A DNA stretch of 64,000 bases, from the NCBI GenBank assembly GCA_964016885.1, contig OZ024746.1, positions 69,750,001-69,814,000 on the forward strand, given 5' to 3'. Within the stretch, counting starts at the first letter, position 1; each line of letters opens with the position of its first letter. This DNA comes from Eledone cirrhosa. Its lineage: Eukaryota. The notes under the pieces are model-generated. The model was not told the DNA's origin. It saw only the letters and a list, made by a program, of their open reading frames with translations, and made no database searches. This document shows, piece after piece, positions 1-11,784 of this stretch. Both the position numbers and the translations under genes were made by a program.

Positions 1-130
1 AGCACTCACTGTAAATGAGGTTGGTGTTAGGAAGGGCATCCAGCTGTAGAAATCAAGCCAGAATCAGTTCCCGTCCCACCCTTGCAAGCAAGGAAAAAGC
101 GGACATAAAATGATGATGATGATGATGATG
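1..130 (+). mobile_element. RTE-derived non-autonomous SINE, 3' part
   Basis: ggttggtgttaggaagggcatccagctg motif followed by cccacccttgcaagcaaggaaaaagcggacataaaa(tga)n, nearly identical to the 3' end of the RTE LINE at 5604-5650. Confidence 0.85.
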
Positions 131-225
131 TCTATAATTTTGAAGTCATTTTGAAAATAATCAAGAATTTGAAGGGGTTTAGTAATATAACCATTAAGTT
201 GGTGTCTGGAAAACAGGTTACTTTT

Positions 226-498
226 GTTTGGTCATCTGATGTCTGAGCACTGTGGTCAGTTTGGTCATCTGATGTCTGAGCACTGTGGTCAGTTTGGTCA
301 TCTGATGTCTGAGCACTGTGGTCAGTTTGGTCATCTGATGTCTGAGCACTGTAGTCAGTTTGGTCATCTGATGTCTGAGCACTGTGGTCAGTTTGGTCAT
401 CTGATGTCTGAGCACTGTGGTCAGTTTGGTCATCTGATGTCTGAGCACTGTGGTCAGTTTGGTCATCTGATGTCTGAGCACTGTGGTCAGTTTGGTCA
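226..498. repeat. 33-bp minisatellite, ~8 copies (gtttggtcatctgatgtctgagcactgtggtca)
   Basis: Near-identical units read directly; explains the 11-aa periodic ORFs. Confidence 0.95.
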
Positions 499-1069
499 CC
501 TGTAGAACTAACGTGGACAGATGGCTTCACAATGTGGTCAGTTTGTTTGTACAGTTTCGTTGATACGAGCTGTAGAGGATTGAAATGTGCTGTCTGTAGA
601 ACTTGAGCTTTCTTTGGATGTTATCAGGGAAAGTGTGGAATGATGTGAAATTTTTTAAATTTTTCGTTTCTGAAGACTTTCTTAGAGCAAAAATGAAATA
701 ATTTCATTACAACAAACTATTATATTTCTATAAGTTGCCTAATTTTTATTAGGCTTGTTTAGAAAACTACATTTAGCAAGGGAAAATTCAATAAATTATC
801 TTTCAGAAAAGTGCAAGTTTAATCTTTGGATTACTGGCTTTGATATTTTATGGATTTTTAACTAATCTTTTGTGTAAAAAACCCTGCAAAATTACTAACT
901 TAAAATTATCATAAAATTCTATAGACACAATTTTTTTAGCTGTGGTTTTTTGCTTCTCCCTTAAGGTCTTATTCAACATAAAATTTGCAATAAACAATGA
1001 TAGGAAAAATATTTTTTAATATTTTCCCACTCTGCTCTTAGCATCACTGATGCTCACAACAAAGGGAGG

Positions 1070-2475
1070 AAGAGAGACTGACTCCAGCTGGCCCAATAGA
1101 AGGGCCAGCTGGTGAAATTGACAGTTATAGGGTCAAACAAGCGAATAAGATGAAAATGGTAAAGTAGGAGCCAAACTAATCACCAACATAGTCGACTGGC
1201 GCAGTAGTACACTCAATTGTTACAAGAGAAAGGGTGATGCTTGCAATAAGAGCAACCAGAGGCATAAAACTAATGGACCAAGTTATGAAAGGAACAGAAA
1301 TAGTTCTAGCACAACTAATAAGGGAAAGAGTCAAATTAAATGAGAAGCAACTTGGTTTTATGCCAGTGAGGAGTACTTTCTTAGTGAGACAACTACAAGA
1401 GAAGTTCCTAGATAGTGTAAGCCACTATATCTGGATGTTAGTGATCTGGAGAGGGCTTTCAACAGCAGTGCAAGCCATGTACAGATGAGCTGTTAGTAGA
1501 GTGAGAGTAGGTAATGAATTTAGTGAGGAGTGCATCAGGGCTCAATCTTCAGTCCATTATAGTTCTCCAAGCCATAACAGGAGTTTTAAGACTGGCTGTC
1601 TATGGGAAATGGTTCTTATAGCTGAATCTGTAGAAGAGCTAGAAAAGAAATTTCAGCTCCTGAAACAATCAAATGAGTTCAGAGTAAATTTGGCAAAAAC
1701 CAAAGTTTTAAGAAGTAGAAAAGAAGACTGGACACTGATCTCATCGGGGAAGTGGCCTTACTTGTTATGTAGAAAAGGTGTAAGTAGAAACTCTATACAA
1801 TGCACACAATGTAAATCTTGGGTACACATGTGGTGTAGTGGGATAGCAGGAAAGGTAGAGTTTGTATGTAGTAAATGTATAGGGATAGTTGGCATTAGCA
1901 AATTAGCAAAATAAAAAATTCCCAATTCCAAGAACTCTTCATAGAAGTGGTTGATAATTCATACTACCTAGGTGATCGATCAAATTAGAAGTGAGGAAGG
2001 GTACTCCAAGAGCATAGAAGCTAGAATAAGGACAGGATGGAAGTTAGAAGCACAACCTCTGTTGACAACAAAATGCCGATTGTATGACGCCTGGATGCAA
2101 AGCTCCATGAACAGTGAATGCAGAGCAAATGCAAAGGCTTCAGAGAAACGAAGAGATTATGCTTCGATAGATGTGCAGTGTATATGACAAAGCATGGATG
2201 AACTGAGAGAAAAACTGGATATAAGAAGAGTCAGATGAAGTGTGCAAGAAAGATATGTAATGCATATGGATGATGATCGCTGGGCGAAGTCTAAGAAATC
2301 CCAGTAGAAAGAAGCCGCACTAGAAGAGCAAGGAAGACATGGGTGGAGGTGTTGAGAGCTGATCTCAAAGATAAAGGAACACGACGTGGGGAGAGAGACT
2401 GTGTTGGAAAAGACCCGTCTAACCCACGTAAGCATGGAAGAACGGACTTAAAATAGTTTGTGGTAATGATGATAT
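1070..2475 (+). mobile_element. Heavily decayed 5'-truncated RTE-clade LINE
   Basis: RGIKLMDQVMK, FKTGCLWE, VNLAKTKVL, SGKWP..C fragments homologous to the RTE at 5604-8846; ends in an RTE-type tail. Confidence 0.85.
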
Positions 2476-2925
2476 AAGCGGAACATTCGAACTGAATCTA
2501 TCTAGTAAATAGGATGATAGATTTTAATTTTCTAAAAAATAATAATTTCATCAACATAATCGTAATCTACATCATGGAAAAACAAAATTAAATTGAAAAA
2601 TATACATTAAGAAAGTTACGAGGAAACAAAGCCGAGAGGAGTAACACTAAACTATAGTTATTCCTTTTATGGGGAACAAAATGTGTTTAATTTCTGCAGA
2701 ACTTAAATCTGTTACTTAGCAATTTCTATGATCGGAAGAGGTATTCTGTTCATAATAGCTTAACATAAAATTATAATTTTTGTTTTTTGAACTAAAGGTT
2801 GCTAATTACAATTAAATTAGGGTTTTTATATTTTTATGAAACATGCACGATATGGAAACGAAGTGGAAATGATTTTTTTAACAGATTAAGGCTACAATTA
2901 GTTTTATAGATGGATGGGAAATATA

Positions 2926-3225
2926 ATTGTTTCTACTTTTGGCACAAGGCCAAAAATTAACCAGTACATTACTGGTACTTTATTTTATCGACCCCGTAAG
3001 GATGAAAGGCAAAGTTAACCTTGGGGAAAATATAATGATGTATAGACAACAATTCGGTGATTTAATAACGATTTCTAATCTAGAGGCACATGGCCATTAA
3101 TTTAGGAAATGGAGGGGAAAAGTCGATTATATCGTTCCTCACTACATAACTGCTATTTTATTGTTTCGACATCCAGAAAGATGAAAGGTAAAGCTGGGTC
3201 CTGGACGCGATTTGAATTCAGAATG
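2926..3225 (-). mobile_element. Two partial tRNA-SINE (family A) copies
   Basis: tttattttatcgaccccgtaaggatgaaaggcaaag core and ttgtttctactttggcacaaggcc tail. Confidence 0.75.
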
Positions 3226-3744
3226 AAATGTTGTAATGATACAATAAAAGAATCTTCCCTACTAAAGCAAGGGTTAGAACCATGCGGGACCATGAAAGTT
3301 AATGTCATGTAAATCTTACTAGACGCGATTGTAAAAGTAAAAATTTCAAGGAATCGTAATACATTTTTGTCTGTAGTATGTGTAAGTGTTTCGTCTAATC
3401 GTCTAACAATCAGAATATTTAATTACTTTGATAAAGAAAAAGGCGTAGACATTCATATATTAAATATTCAAACGAAGACAGCTACAATATAAATGTAAGA
3501 GATTATTATAAAATAATAAATTAAGAAAAGAACGACACGATCGTCAGTAATTTCAATAAATCAGTGAATACTAAGATATTTCATTTCTATCAGAAAATAT
3601 TTATGTAAAACTAATATCCCGAGATGTCAAGTTGTAGTAAAAATTATGATATATTTAATATAAAATAAGGATAAATGCTACAACGAAAGAAAGACAGAGA
3701 TAGATAGAAGCACGTGTAGTGAGTAATTCAGTAAAATTTGCCGG

Positions 3745-3759
3745 TTTCTGGAAGATTCT
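3745..3759. promoter_or_regulatory. Candidate heat-shock element in CCT6 intron 1
   Basis: tTTCtgGAAgaTTCt, three alternating nGAAn pentamers about 70 bp inside the intron. Confidence 0.5.
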
Positions 3760-3826
3760 ATGTCAGATACAAATGATAGAAAAGTGTAGAATACAGTAAT
3801 ACAGAAAGAAAGAAATTAACTCTTAC

Positions 3827-3963
3827 ATTTTAAGGGTTCCTCTTGGCCCAAGATTAGTTCTAAGAACATCTTGAAGGCCTTTAGCCGCACTGATATTAAC
3901 AGCAAGTGCCTGAGCAGCTCGAGCTACTTCAGCTTTTGGGTTCAGAGATTTCACAGCCGCCAT
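3827..3963 (-). CDS. CCT6: T-complex protein 1 subunit zeta (chaperonin CCT6), first coding exon
   Basis: Translates [45 protein letters not shown](M), near-identical to the CCT6A N-terminus; 137 nt, phase-2 GTAAG donor at 3826-3822. No further exon recognised in 1-3826. Confidence 0.96.
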
Positions 3964-4082
3964 CTTAATAGTCACAATAGAGGGAAGTGCTGACTCACGT
4001 GTACTGTAACTAACAGTTCACTTTTGGTGTCCGTTGTAACTACGGATGTACAGATAAAACATAAATATGTATGCGCGCGCAG
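3955..4082 (-). promoter_or_regulatory. Probable CCT6 proximal promoter/5'UTR
   Basis: YY1-type AAGATGGCGGC over the ATG; clustered GGAAGT, TGACTCA and CACGTG at ~3983-4001; palindromic tgcgcgcgca at 4072-4081. Confidence 0.5.
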
Positions 4083-4286
4083 AGACTTACACGCATCTAT
4101 GTGTATATATACATATATATGTGTGTATAGATACATATATATATATATATATGCAGAGGTTATATTTAATTTGTTGGGATTCAACAAGCTTAAACATTTT
4201 TATAACTGATATAAAGTACTCAACAATTTAGTGGAGTAAATACACAATATATTAATAAATGGAAACTATATTTATAAAACCATATT

Positions 4287-4352
4287 TATTTTATTATATA
4301 TATTTCAAAGGCAACCAAGGCAAATTATGGTGCGCTTTCATCAGATAAAATA
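4287..4352 (-). ncRNA. Minimal type I hammerhead ribozyme motif (left arm)
   Basis: Reverse complement reads tattttat-CTGATGA-a-agcgcacc..ggttgccttt-GAAA-tatata-TA-ataaaata. Confidence 0.7.
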
Positions 4353-4504
4353 CAGATTTGTTTTATAAATAAATATTGACATACCAGGAAATAAAAAGAC
4401 AACCTTAACGGTTGGAGCTTCCTGGATAGACTATCCAGGAAGCTCCAACCGTTAAGGTTGTCTTTTTTCCGGGTATGTCAATATTTATTTATAAAACAAA
4501 TCTG

Positions 4505-4570
4505 TATTTTATCTGATGAAAGCGCACCATAATTTGCCTTGGTTGCCCTTGAAATATATATAATAAAATA
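4505..4570 (+). ncRNA. Minimal type I hammerhead ribozyme motif (right arm)
   Basis: 8-bp stem I (tattttat/ataaaata), CTGATGA 4513-4519, imperfect stem II, GAAA 4551-4554, palindromic tatata stem III, UH (TA) at 4561-4562. Confidence 0.72.
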
Positions 4571-4619
4571 AATATGGTTTTATATATATAGTTTCCATTT
4601 ATTAATGTATTGTACATAT

Positions 4620-4743
4620 CCCTTTACGATCTGAGTTCAAATCCCGCCGAGGTTGACTTTGCCTTTCATCCTTACGGGGTCGATAAAATAAAGTACCAGT
4701 AATGCACTGGATAATTGCTGGCCTTGTGCCTAAAGTAGAAACA
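4620..4743 (+). mobile_element. 5'-truncated tRNA-SINE (family A) with 19-bp TSD
   Basis: B-box gagttcaaatccc plus gcctttcatccttacggggtcgataaaataaagtaccag core; attaatgtattgtacatat at 4601-4619 and 4744-4762. Confidence 0.9.
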
Positions 4744-4753
4744 ATTAATGTAT

Positions 4754-4874
<121 letters not shown>

Positions 4875-5278
4875 TGAGAATTTATAATATCAAATAAACA
4901 AAAAATAAAGTATAGACGTTTGGATAAGTGGGTGGGGACTTGTCCCCTGGTACCCCCCCCCCCCCTGAAACAAGGCCCTTGTATATATATATATATATAC
5001 AAGGGCCTTGTTTCAGGGGGGGGGGCGGTACAAGGGGACAAGCCCCCCACTCCACCCCTCACACACACACTTATCCAAACGTCTATATTTTATTTTTTGT
5101 TTATTTGATATAATAATTTCTTTTTAAGCTTATTTTTTGGAATATATAAAATTTAATTAGCGTAAAATTTTACTTATGTGATAGGGTCCGGGAAAGGCTC
5201 CATAAGCAATTTATGCTCCTTTAAGAATCAACAAATGTTGGTTTGTCCTCTTCACATTTTTAAGGCAGAGACACCTGT
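4875..5278. mobile_element. Putative non-autonomous DNA element (~5000-5278) with a fold-back inverted copy of its left end (~4875-4981) across a (TA)n spacer
   Basis: ctgaaacaaggcccttg-(ta)n-caagggccttgtttcag; complementarity extends ~110 bp each side. Confidence 0.65.
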
Positions 5279-5523
5279 ATATATATATATATATATATTG
5301 TTTTTATGTGAAACAAAATGGTGTAGGACAGAACAAAGGAGAGACACAAAATAAAAACCTACTCTCTGAGGCGGTCACAGAATGTGTGACGAAAGAGGTT
5401 GCACAATATATAAACAACCATCCGGTTATCGAACCAACCAACCAACCGGAAATTTATAATAAATTAAAGTGAAAACCAACAGGCGCGAGTGTTTTTATTG
5501 GCAGCATGACCCTCCCAAAGTAT

Positions 5524-5603
<80 letters not shown>

Positions 5604-5605
<2 letters not shown>

Positions 5606-8600
5606 TCATCATCATTTTACGTCCGCTTTTCCCTGCTTGCAAGGGTGGGACGGGTCTTATTCAGCACAGCATCTCTCCACTCGTCACGGTCCTTCGTCAT
5701 CTCCACCGTGAGCTTCAATGATCTGAGGTCTATTCTCACCACCTCCGCCCATGTTTTTAGTGGTCTACCTCTACCACGTCTTCCTTCAACTGGCATTTCC
5801 TGGCACTTCTTCACCCATCGGTCATCCTCCATGCGCATCACATGTCCATACCACCTCAGTCTCCTCTCCCGTACATTACATTCTATCCCTCTCAGACACA
5901 GTTTCTCTCTCAACACATTTATGCTGGGTCGTTCACGCACATTTACACTGCACATCCAACGGAGCATGCTTGCCTCATTTCTCTCCAGCCGTCGCATATC
6001 CTCTGCAGTTGCTGCCCATGTCTCACTACCATGCAGCATCGCGCTCCTCACACAGGCATCATACAACCGGCCTTTCGTACGCAGGGAGAAACCCTTCTTC
6101 GTCAACAGAGGAAGCAGCTCCCTAAACTTCTTCCAACCCGTCCTTATTCTAGATACTATGGCCTCGGAACACCCTCCTCCCATGCTAATCTGATCTCCTA
6201 GGTACCGGAAGCTATCCACCACTTCTATAGCGCCCTCCTGCATCTGACAAATGTGTCTATCAATGGGACTTCTACTGTCTAATTTCCCTGTACATCTACT
6301 GCATACATATTTCTCCCTACCTGTTAGTTTGCCTGCTATCCCGCTACATCTCTTGTGTACCCAGGATCTGCATTGTGTGCATTTTATAGAATTTATGCCA
6401 GTTCCTTTTCTGCATATCGAACATGGCCATTTCCCTGACGGAATTAGGGTTTTGTCCTCTTTTCTACTCATCAACACTTTTGTCTTAGCTAGATTCACTC
6501 TCAGTCCTCTTGCTTCCAACTGCTGTTTCTATAGCCAGAATTTATTCTCTAGCTCCTCTACTGATTCTACTATAAGAACCAGATCGTCAGCATAGAGAAG
6601 TCCCATGGACAGCCAGTCTTAAACTCCTCTGTTATGGCTTGGAGGACGATAATGAACAAGAGCGGGCTGAGGACCGAACCCTGATGTACTCCTACTTGTA
6701 TCTGGAATTCCTTACTAAACTCCATTCCTACCCTGACTTTACTGAGAGTACCTCTATACAAAGTTTGCACTGTCCTCACAAGCCATTCCTCAACACCTAG
6801 CTTCCTTAGGGACCACCAGATGACAGATCGGGGTACCCTATCAAAGGCCTTCTCTAGATCAACAAAGGCTAAGTATAGTGGCTAATTCTTCTCTAAGAAC
6901 CTCTCTTGCAATTGTCTCACCAAGAAGAGGGCATCTGTTGTACTCTTCCCAGGCACAAAACCAAATTGCATCTCATCTAGTTTGACCCTTTCTCTAATTA
7001 GTTGTGCTAAAATCCTTTCTGTCACTTTCATAACCTGATCTATCAGTTTTATACCCCTATAATTGCTCCTCTCCAGAGCATCCCCTTTACCTTTGTAGCA
7101 ATTTATGAGAATACTGCTGCACCAGTCTTTGGGCATGACACCACCATATATAGCCTGATTGATGATGCATGCAACTAGTTTAGTGCCTAACTATTCCCGA
7201 TGATCCGGCAGCCCTACCATTTTCATTTCCCTAATCGCCTCTTGGACCCTATATTCGTCAATCTCAATAGCTTGTCCCTCTGTCGGATCTACCAAGGGTA
7301 ATTTCTCTCTCTCCCATTTGTTCTCCACATTCATCAGTCTCTCATAATGACATTTCCAGGCCTCCTTTTTCTGATCATTCGTGACACTAAGTACACCGGC
7401 ATCATCCCGAACACATTTATCTCCAACAACATCCTGATTTGCATTGACACACTGCCTTGCAATGTGGAACACCGCACGCCTCTAATCTTCCCGTCGCAGA
7501 ACATTGGCAAACCTCCTACTCTCTGCCTCCCTGCGTGCTAAGTACACCTGACGTCTAGCTTCTCTCTTAGTGGCTGTATATTCTTCCCTACTCCCACCCT
7601 TTTTCCAAGCCTTCCATGCTAGTCTTTTGTCTCTAATAGCCGTATCTACTGTGCTGTTCCACCACCAGGTCACTCTCTGTCTGGTTGGAGCTCTGCTCCA
7701 GCCACAAGTTTCATCAGTAGCCTGCAGCAAGTTGTCACGTAAGAAATTCCAGTTATTATCTATGTCATACGTCTCTAAATCGTCTTCTTTTTCGTCATAT
7801 ACATCTTGAAAGGCTTTCCTAAATTTGTATTTGAGGGAAAGGTCTTTTAGCTTCCAAACCTTTCTTCTCCACACCTTCCTATATGTCTCATTCCATCTCT
7901 TGCTTACTGAGATATCACTAACAACTAACCTATGCTGTGGGGTACATTCTTCCCCAGGGTATGCCTTGGTATTAAACACTATCTGCCTGTCCCGCTGCCT
8001 AACTAGTAAGAAGTCAATCTGGCTTATGTGCTCACCAGATTTGTAGGTTATTAGGTGATTGGCAGGTTTCTGGAAGTTTGTGTTGCAAATAGTCAATGTA
8101 CCTGCATCAAAATTCAAGAAGTCTCACTCCTTCTTCATTTCTTGAACCGTAACCGTGCCCACCATGTACCCCAGTGTAATCATCCTGGAGCTGTCCAACA
8201 TGACCATTGAAGTCTCCTGCTAGCATAACGATGTCTCCGTCCTCTGTCATTGCGGTTGTTTGCAAAAGTTGCTCATAAAAGCAGTCTTTCTCATCTTTGC
8301 CTAGGCCTGCTTGGGGAGCATAGGCCGAGATGATTGTCAGTAGTTTCCTACCTACAACTAATCTAAGCTTAATTATTCGATTACTAACTCGAACTACCTC
8401 TATTGTCTTATTGATCCATTTCTCAGCCAGGAAAATGCCTACTCCCCCTAACCCATCTTCCTTACCTACCCAGAATAGCTTATAGCTAAGACGTTTGCCT
8501 ACGACTAGTCTCGCAGAGGCACCTCTCCATCTCACCTCTTGCACGCAGCACACATCCACCTGCCTTCTCTCCAGCATCTCCGCTATTTCAGCAGATCTAC

Positions 8601-8846
8601 CTCTGAGAGTGCCAACATTAAGTGTTGCAACTCTGAGATGCGACGTCTTCATATTTTGTTGTTGTTCCTATTTGTTGGTGTGCTGATAAGCGTTTTGGCA
8701 TTGATACACTGGTTGGATGCCCTTCCTAACACCAGCGCCACTTTACAGCATGGACTGTGTGCTTTTATTTGTGCCACCAGCACTAGAGAGGATGTCTTAC
8801 TAGACTCAAGGGCCCTCTCTACTCCTCCATTTTACAGCATGGTCAT
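5604..8846 (-). mobile_element. Near full-length RTE-clade LINE (APE endonuclease, RT, PHD-like finger), inactivated
   Basis: ATG 8652; VATLNVGTL, CVQEVRW, SAYAPQ, GDFNGH, QIDFLL, QHRLVV (APE); NYRGIKL, QFGF, GVHQGSVLSP, YADD region, FRYLG (RT); (ATG)n tail; frameshifts and an in-frame TAG at 7482-7484; (TA)n on both sides. Confidence 0.96.
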
Positions 8847-8981
8847 AAAAAAAAAAAAAACTTATTGACACGACGCACACACACTCACACACCAACACTC
8901 ATGCATACAAACCACAACCACACACACGCCACTCACATACCAACACTCATTCATGCATACAAACACAAACGCCACTCACAA

Positions 8982-9525
<544 letters not shown>

Positions 9526-9554
9526 AATGTAATCTGAGTTTTTTCGAATATTAA

Positions 9555-9740
9555 TAATTGTTTCTACTTTAGGCACAAGGCCAGCACATACCCAGTGCAT
9601 TACTGGTACTTTATTTTATCGACCCCCGTAAGGATGAAAGGCAAAGTTAACGTCGGCGGGATTTGAACTCAGAATGACATGGGCCGTAACTCTATGCGTC
9701 AAAGCATGGCGTCCGACCCTCTACCGATACTGCCAATCCA
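9555..9740 (-). mobile_element. tRNA-SINE family A, near full length
   Basis: A-box-like tggcagtatcggtaga and B-box gagttcaaatccc on minus; shared core and tail. Confidence 0.9.
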
Positions 9741-10180
9741 ACAATAATAACATTCGATTCGTTTGCAATTATACAAACAAGCCTCATTTTTATAGCCAAG
9801 TCAGTAGAATCAACCCTTCTGTTGACATGCCAACACAAGAGCAAGAATGAAGGGTTCATTCTACTGACATGGCTATAAAAATGAGGTTTGTTAGTATAAT
9901 TGCAAACGAATCGAAAGATGATTAATGTAAGAAGGGAAACAACTTCGCCCTGGATGATCTCCCATTGTCCTTAAATACTCCGTTTCATTGAAACGATAAC
10001 AAAATTAATCATAGTGGTCGTGTTGGCAGTGTTGATGTTGTCGTTGGTGGTAATAATAGTAGTGGTGGTTGTCAAGGTGGTAATCATGTAAATGCCTTTA
10101 CTTGTTACATAAAACCTTTATGATTGAAATATTAACTAATATTTCCTCTTAGCTCTACCATTTCACAGTAGGTTCTAGAT

Positions 10181-11026
10181 CAGTGTTTCTCAACCTTTTT
10201 GACCCCCGGGCCCACTTTTAGCTCCTGAAAAATGTCCGGGCCCACTTATTTTACAAGCGTAAACTAGTACTCAGAAACTATTCTGGACTATAACCCCCAC
10301 ATGATATGTATACTAGTGCTTCTCAATCTTTTTGTTCTCCCGGCCCACTTTACTCCCTAGAAATTGCCAGGGTCAGTGCTCAAAGAGCATTCTGGAACAC
10401 TTACCCCCATATGATCCCGACTGCATTTAAATTTCACGAGTGAAGAACACGAATTCTTGATAAAAAGTCAATAAAAAATAAGAAAAAATTTAATGGTCGT
10501 TTTAATAATGCTCAAATGCTCATTGCTAGTGGCTGCACTGCTCCTGATGTCTTTCAATAAGACTGTCGATTTGGACTTCAAAGGATTGGTTCAACTTGAG
10601 CCGCAAATCTCCCCGGTTGATGGTTTGAAGAAGGTTTCTTTTTCTCAAAAAAATATCATTTAGCATGGAAAAACCAGATTCAACAAGCCACGTTGTAGGA
10701 AAAGAGAGAATAAAAGGAAAGGCTTGATCATGAAGGTTTGGAAATATTTTTTCCACATTAAGCCAGCCGAGAAGGCCCTCGCGTTCCATTTTTCCCATCA
10801 ATAGCGCAGGTGTCTGCGTTATTGCACCCCGAATAATGCAGGTCAACTTAAGTCATGTGATTTTATCACAGAACATTCAGACTTTAAAAAAGTTTGTCAT
10901 TTTGTGTGGTCTTAAGTTCCAAGAAAGTCTGAAAAAATTTCCAGGCCCACTGAAATTTATCTGGGCCCACTCAAAATTGTCCCGGGCACACTGAGTGGGC
11001 CCTTGGCCCACCGTTGAGAACCACTG
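10181..11026 (-). mobile_element. Internally deleted hAT (Charlie/Buster-type) transposon
   Basis: TIRs cagtgtttctcaac / gttgagaaccactg; perfect 8-bp TSD ttctagat both sides; C-terminal transposase remnant FPTTWLVESGFS..RGDLRLKL..HQEQCSH (10526-10846). Confidence 0.93.
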
Positions 11027-11784
11027 TTCTAGATAGTGCTGGACTTACCTATCAGCTATAGTGAGTGTTTATATGTATGCGTGAGCCCATGTGCCCATCT
11101 GAGTGAATCTGCCTGGTCAACTTGAGATAGAATAACGTGGAGAAGTAGTGAAATTATATTAATGTGTGTGTGTGTGTGTCCGTATGCATAATTATCGCAA
11201 ACCTCTGACAACAGGTCTATAGAATTGGCCTCAGACCTAACAACAGATCACCCTAATCAAAGAATAGTGCAGGTTGACTGAATGGGAAATATATCTGTCT
11301 ACGAAGTGATGACTGATTTCTTAGTTATCTGAAAAAACAAGGAACAGCCAATTGGTTCATCAACACATACACACACACACTCGATAAGACAACGATATAT
11401 GTTGTTGTTACAAGGTTGACTAAGTTGAGGATCCCTTTCACCCCTCCCTCTCTTCTGCGACACCAGAGCTCTTGCCATCCCCTCCCCTTCCCGTTCTTTT
11501 TCTTCTTTCTTTCTATCTTATTTCTCTATATTTCCCTATTCTTTCTTTCCTTTTGTTTCCCCTTTTTTATTATTATTGCCGTCATTATAGTTGTCATTAT
11601 ACCAGTAATGCACCGGGTAATTGCTGGCCTTGTGCCAAAAGTAGAAACAATTATTATTATTGTTACTCGAGCTTATTGTAAACCCCCATTCTCCGTGTCT
11701 TTGTATTGTCCCCTACATATCGGCCCTTGTGGCCAATAAATGAATTCATTATTATTATTAGTGCGGTGGATTGGCAGTATCGAT

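Larger units (their letters stand above)
4244..4613. repeat. ~370-bp near-perfect palindrome, probably Penelope-like terminal-repeat derived
   Basis: Arms 4244-4429 and 4431-4613 are reverse complements around cctggatag-a-ctatccagg (1-nt spacer) with a few mismatches and a small indel. Confidence 0.95.

Noticed and set aside
132-530. Repeat-protein ORFs
   Set aside because: 33-bp minisatellite open in several frames
5604-8846. Intact active LINE broken only by sequencing indels
   Set aside because: Has an in-frame TAG at 7482-7484 and a multi-codon deletion near 7190 as well as frameshifts
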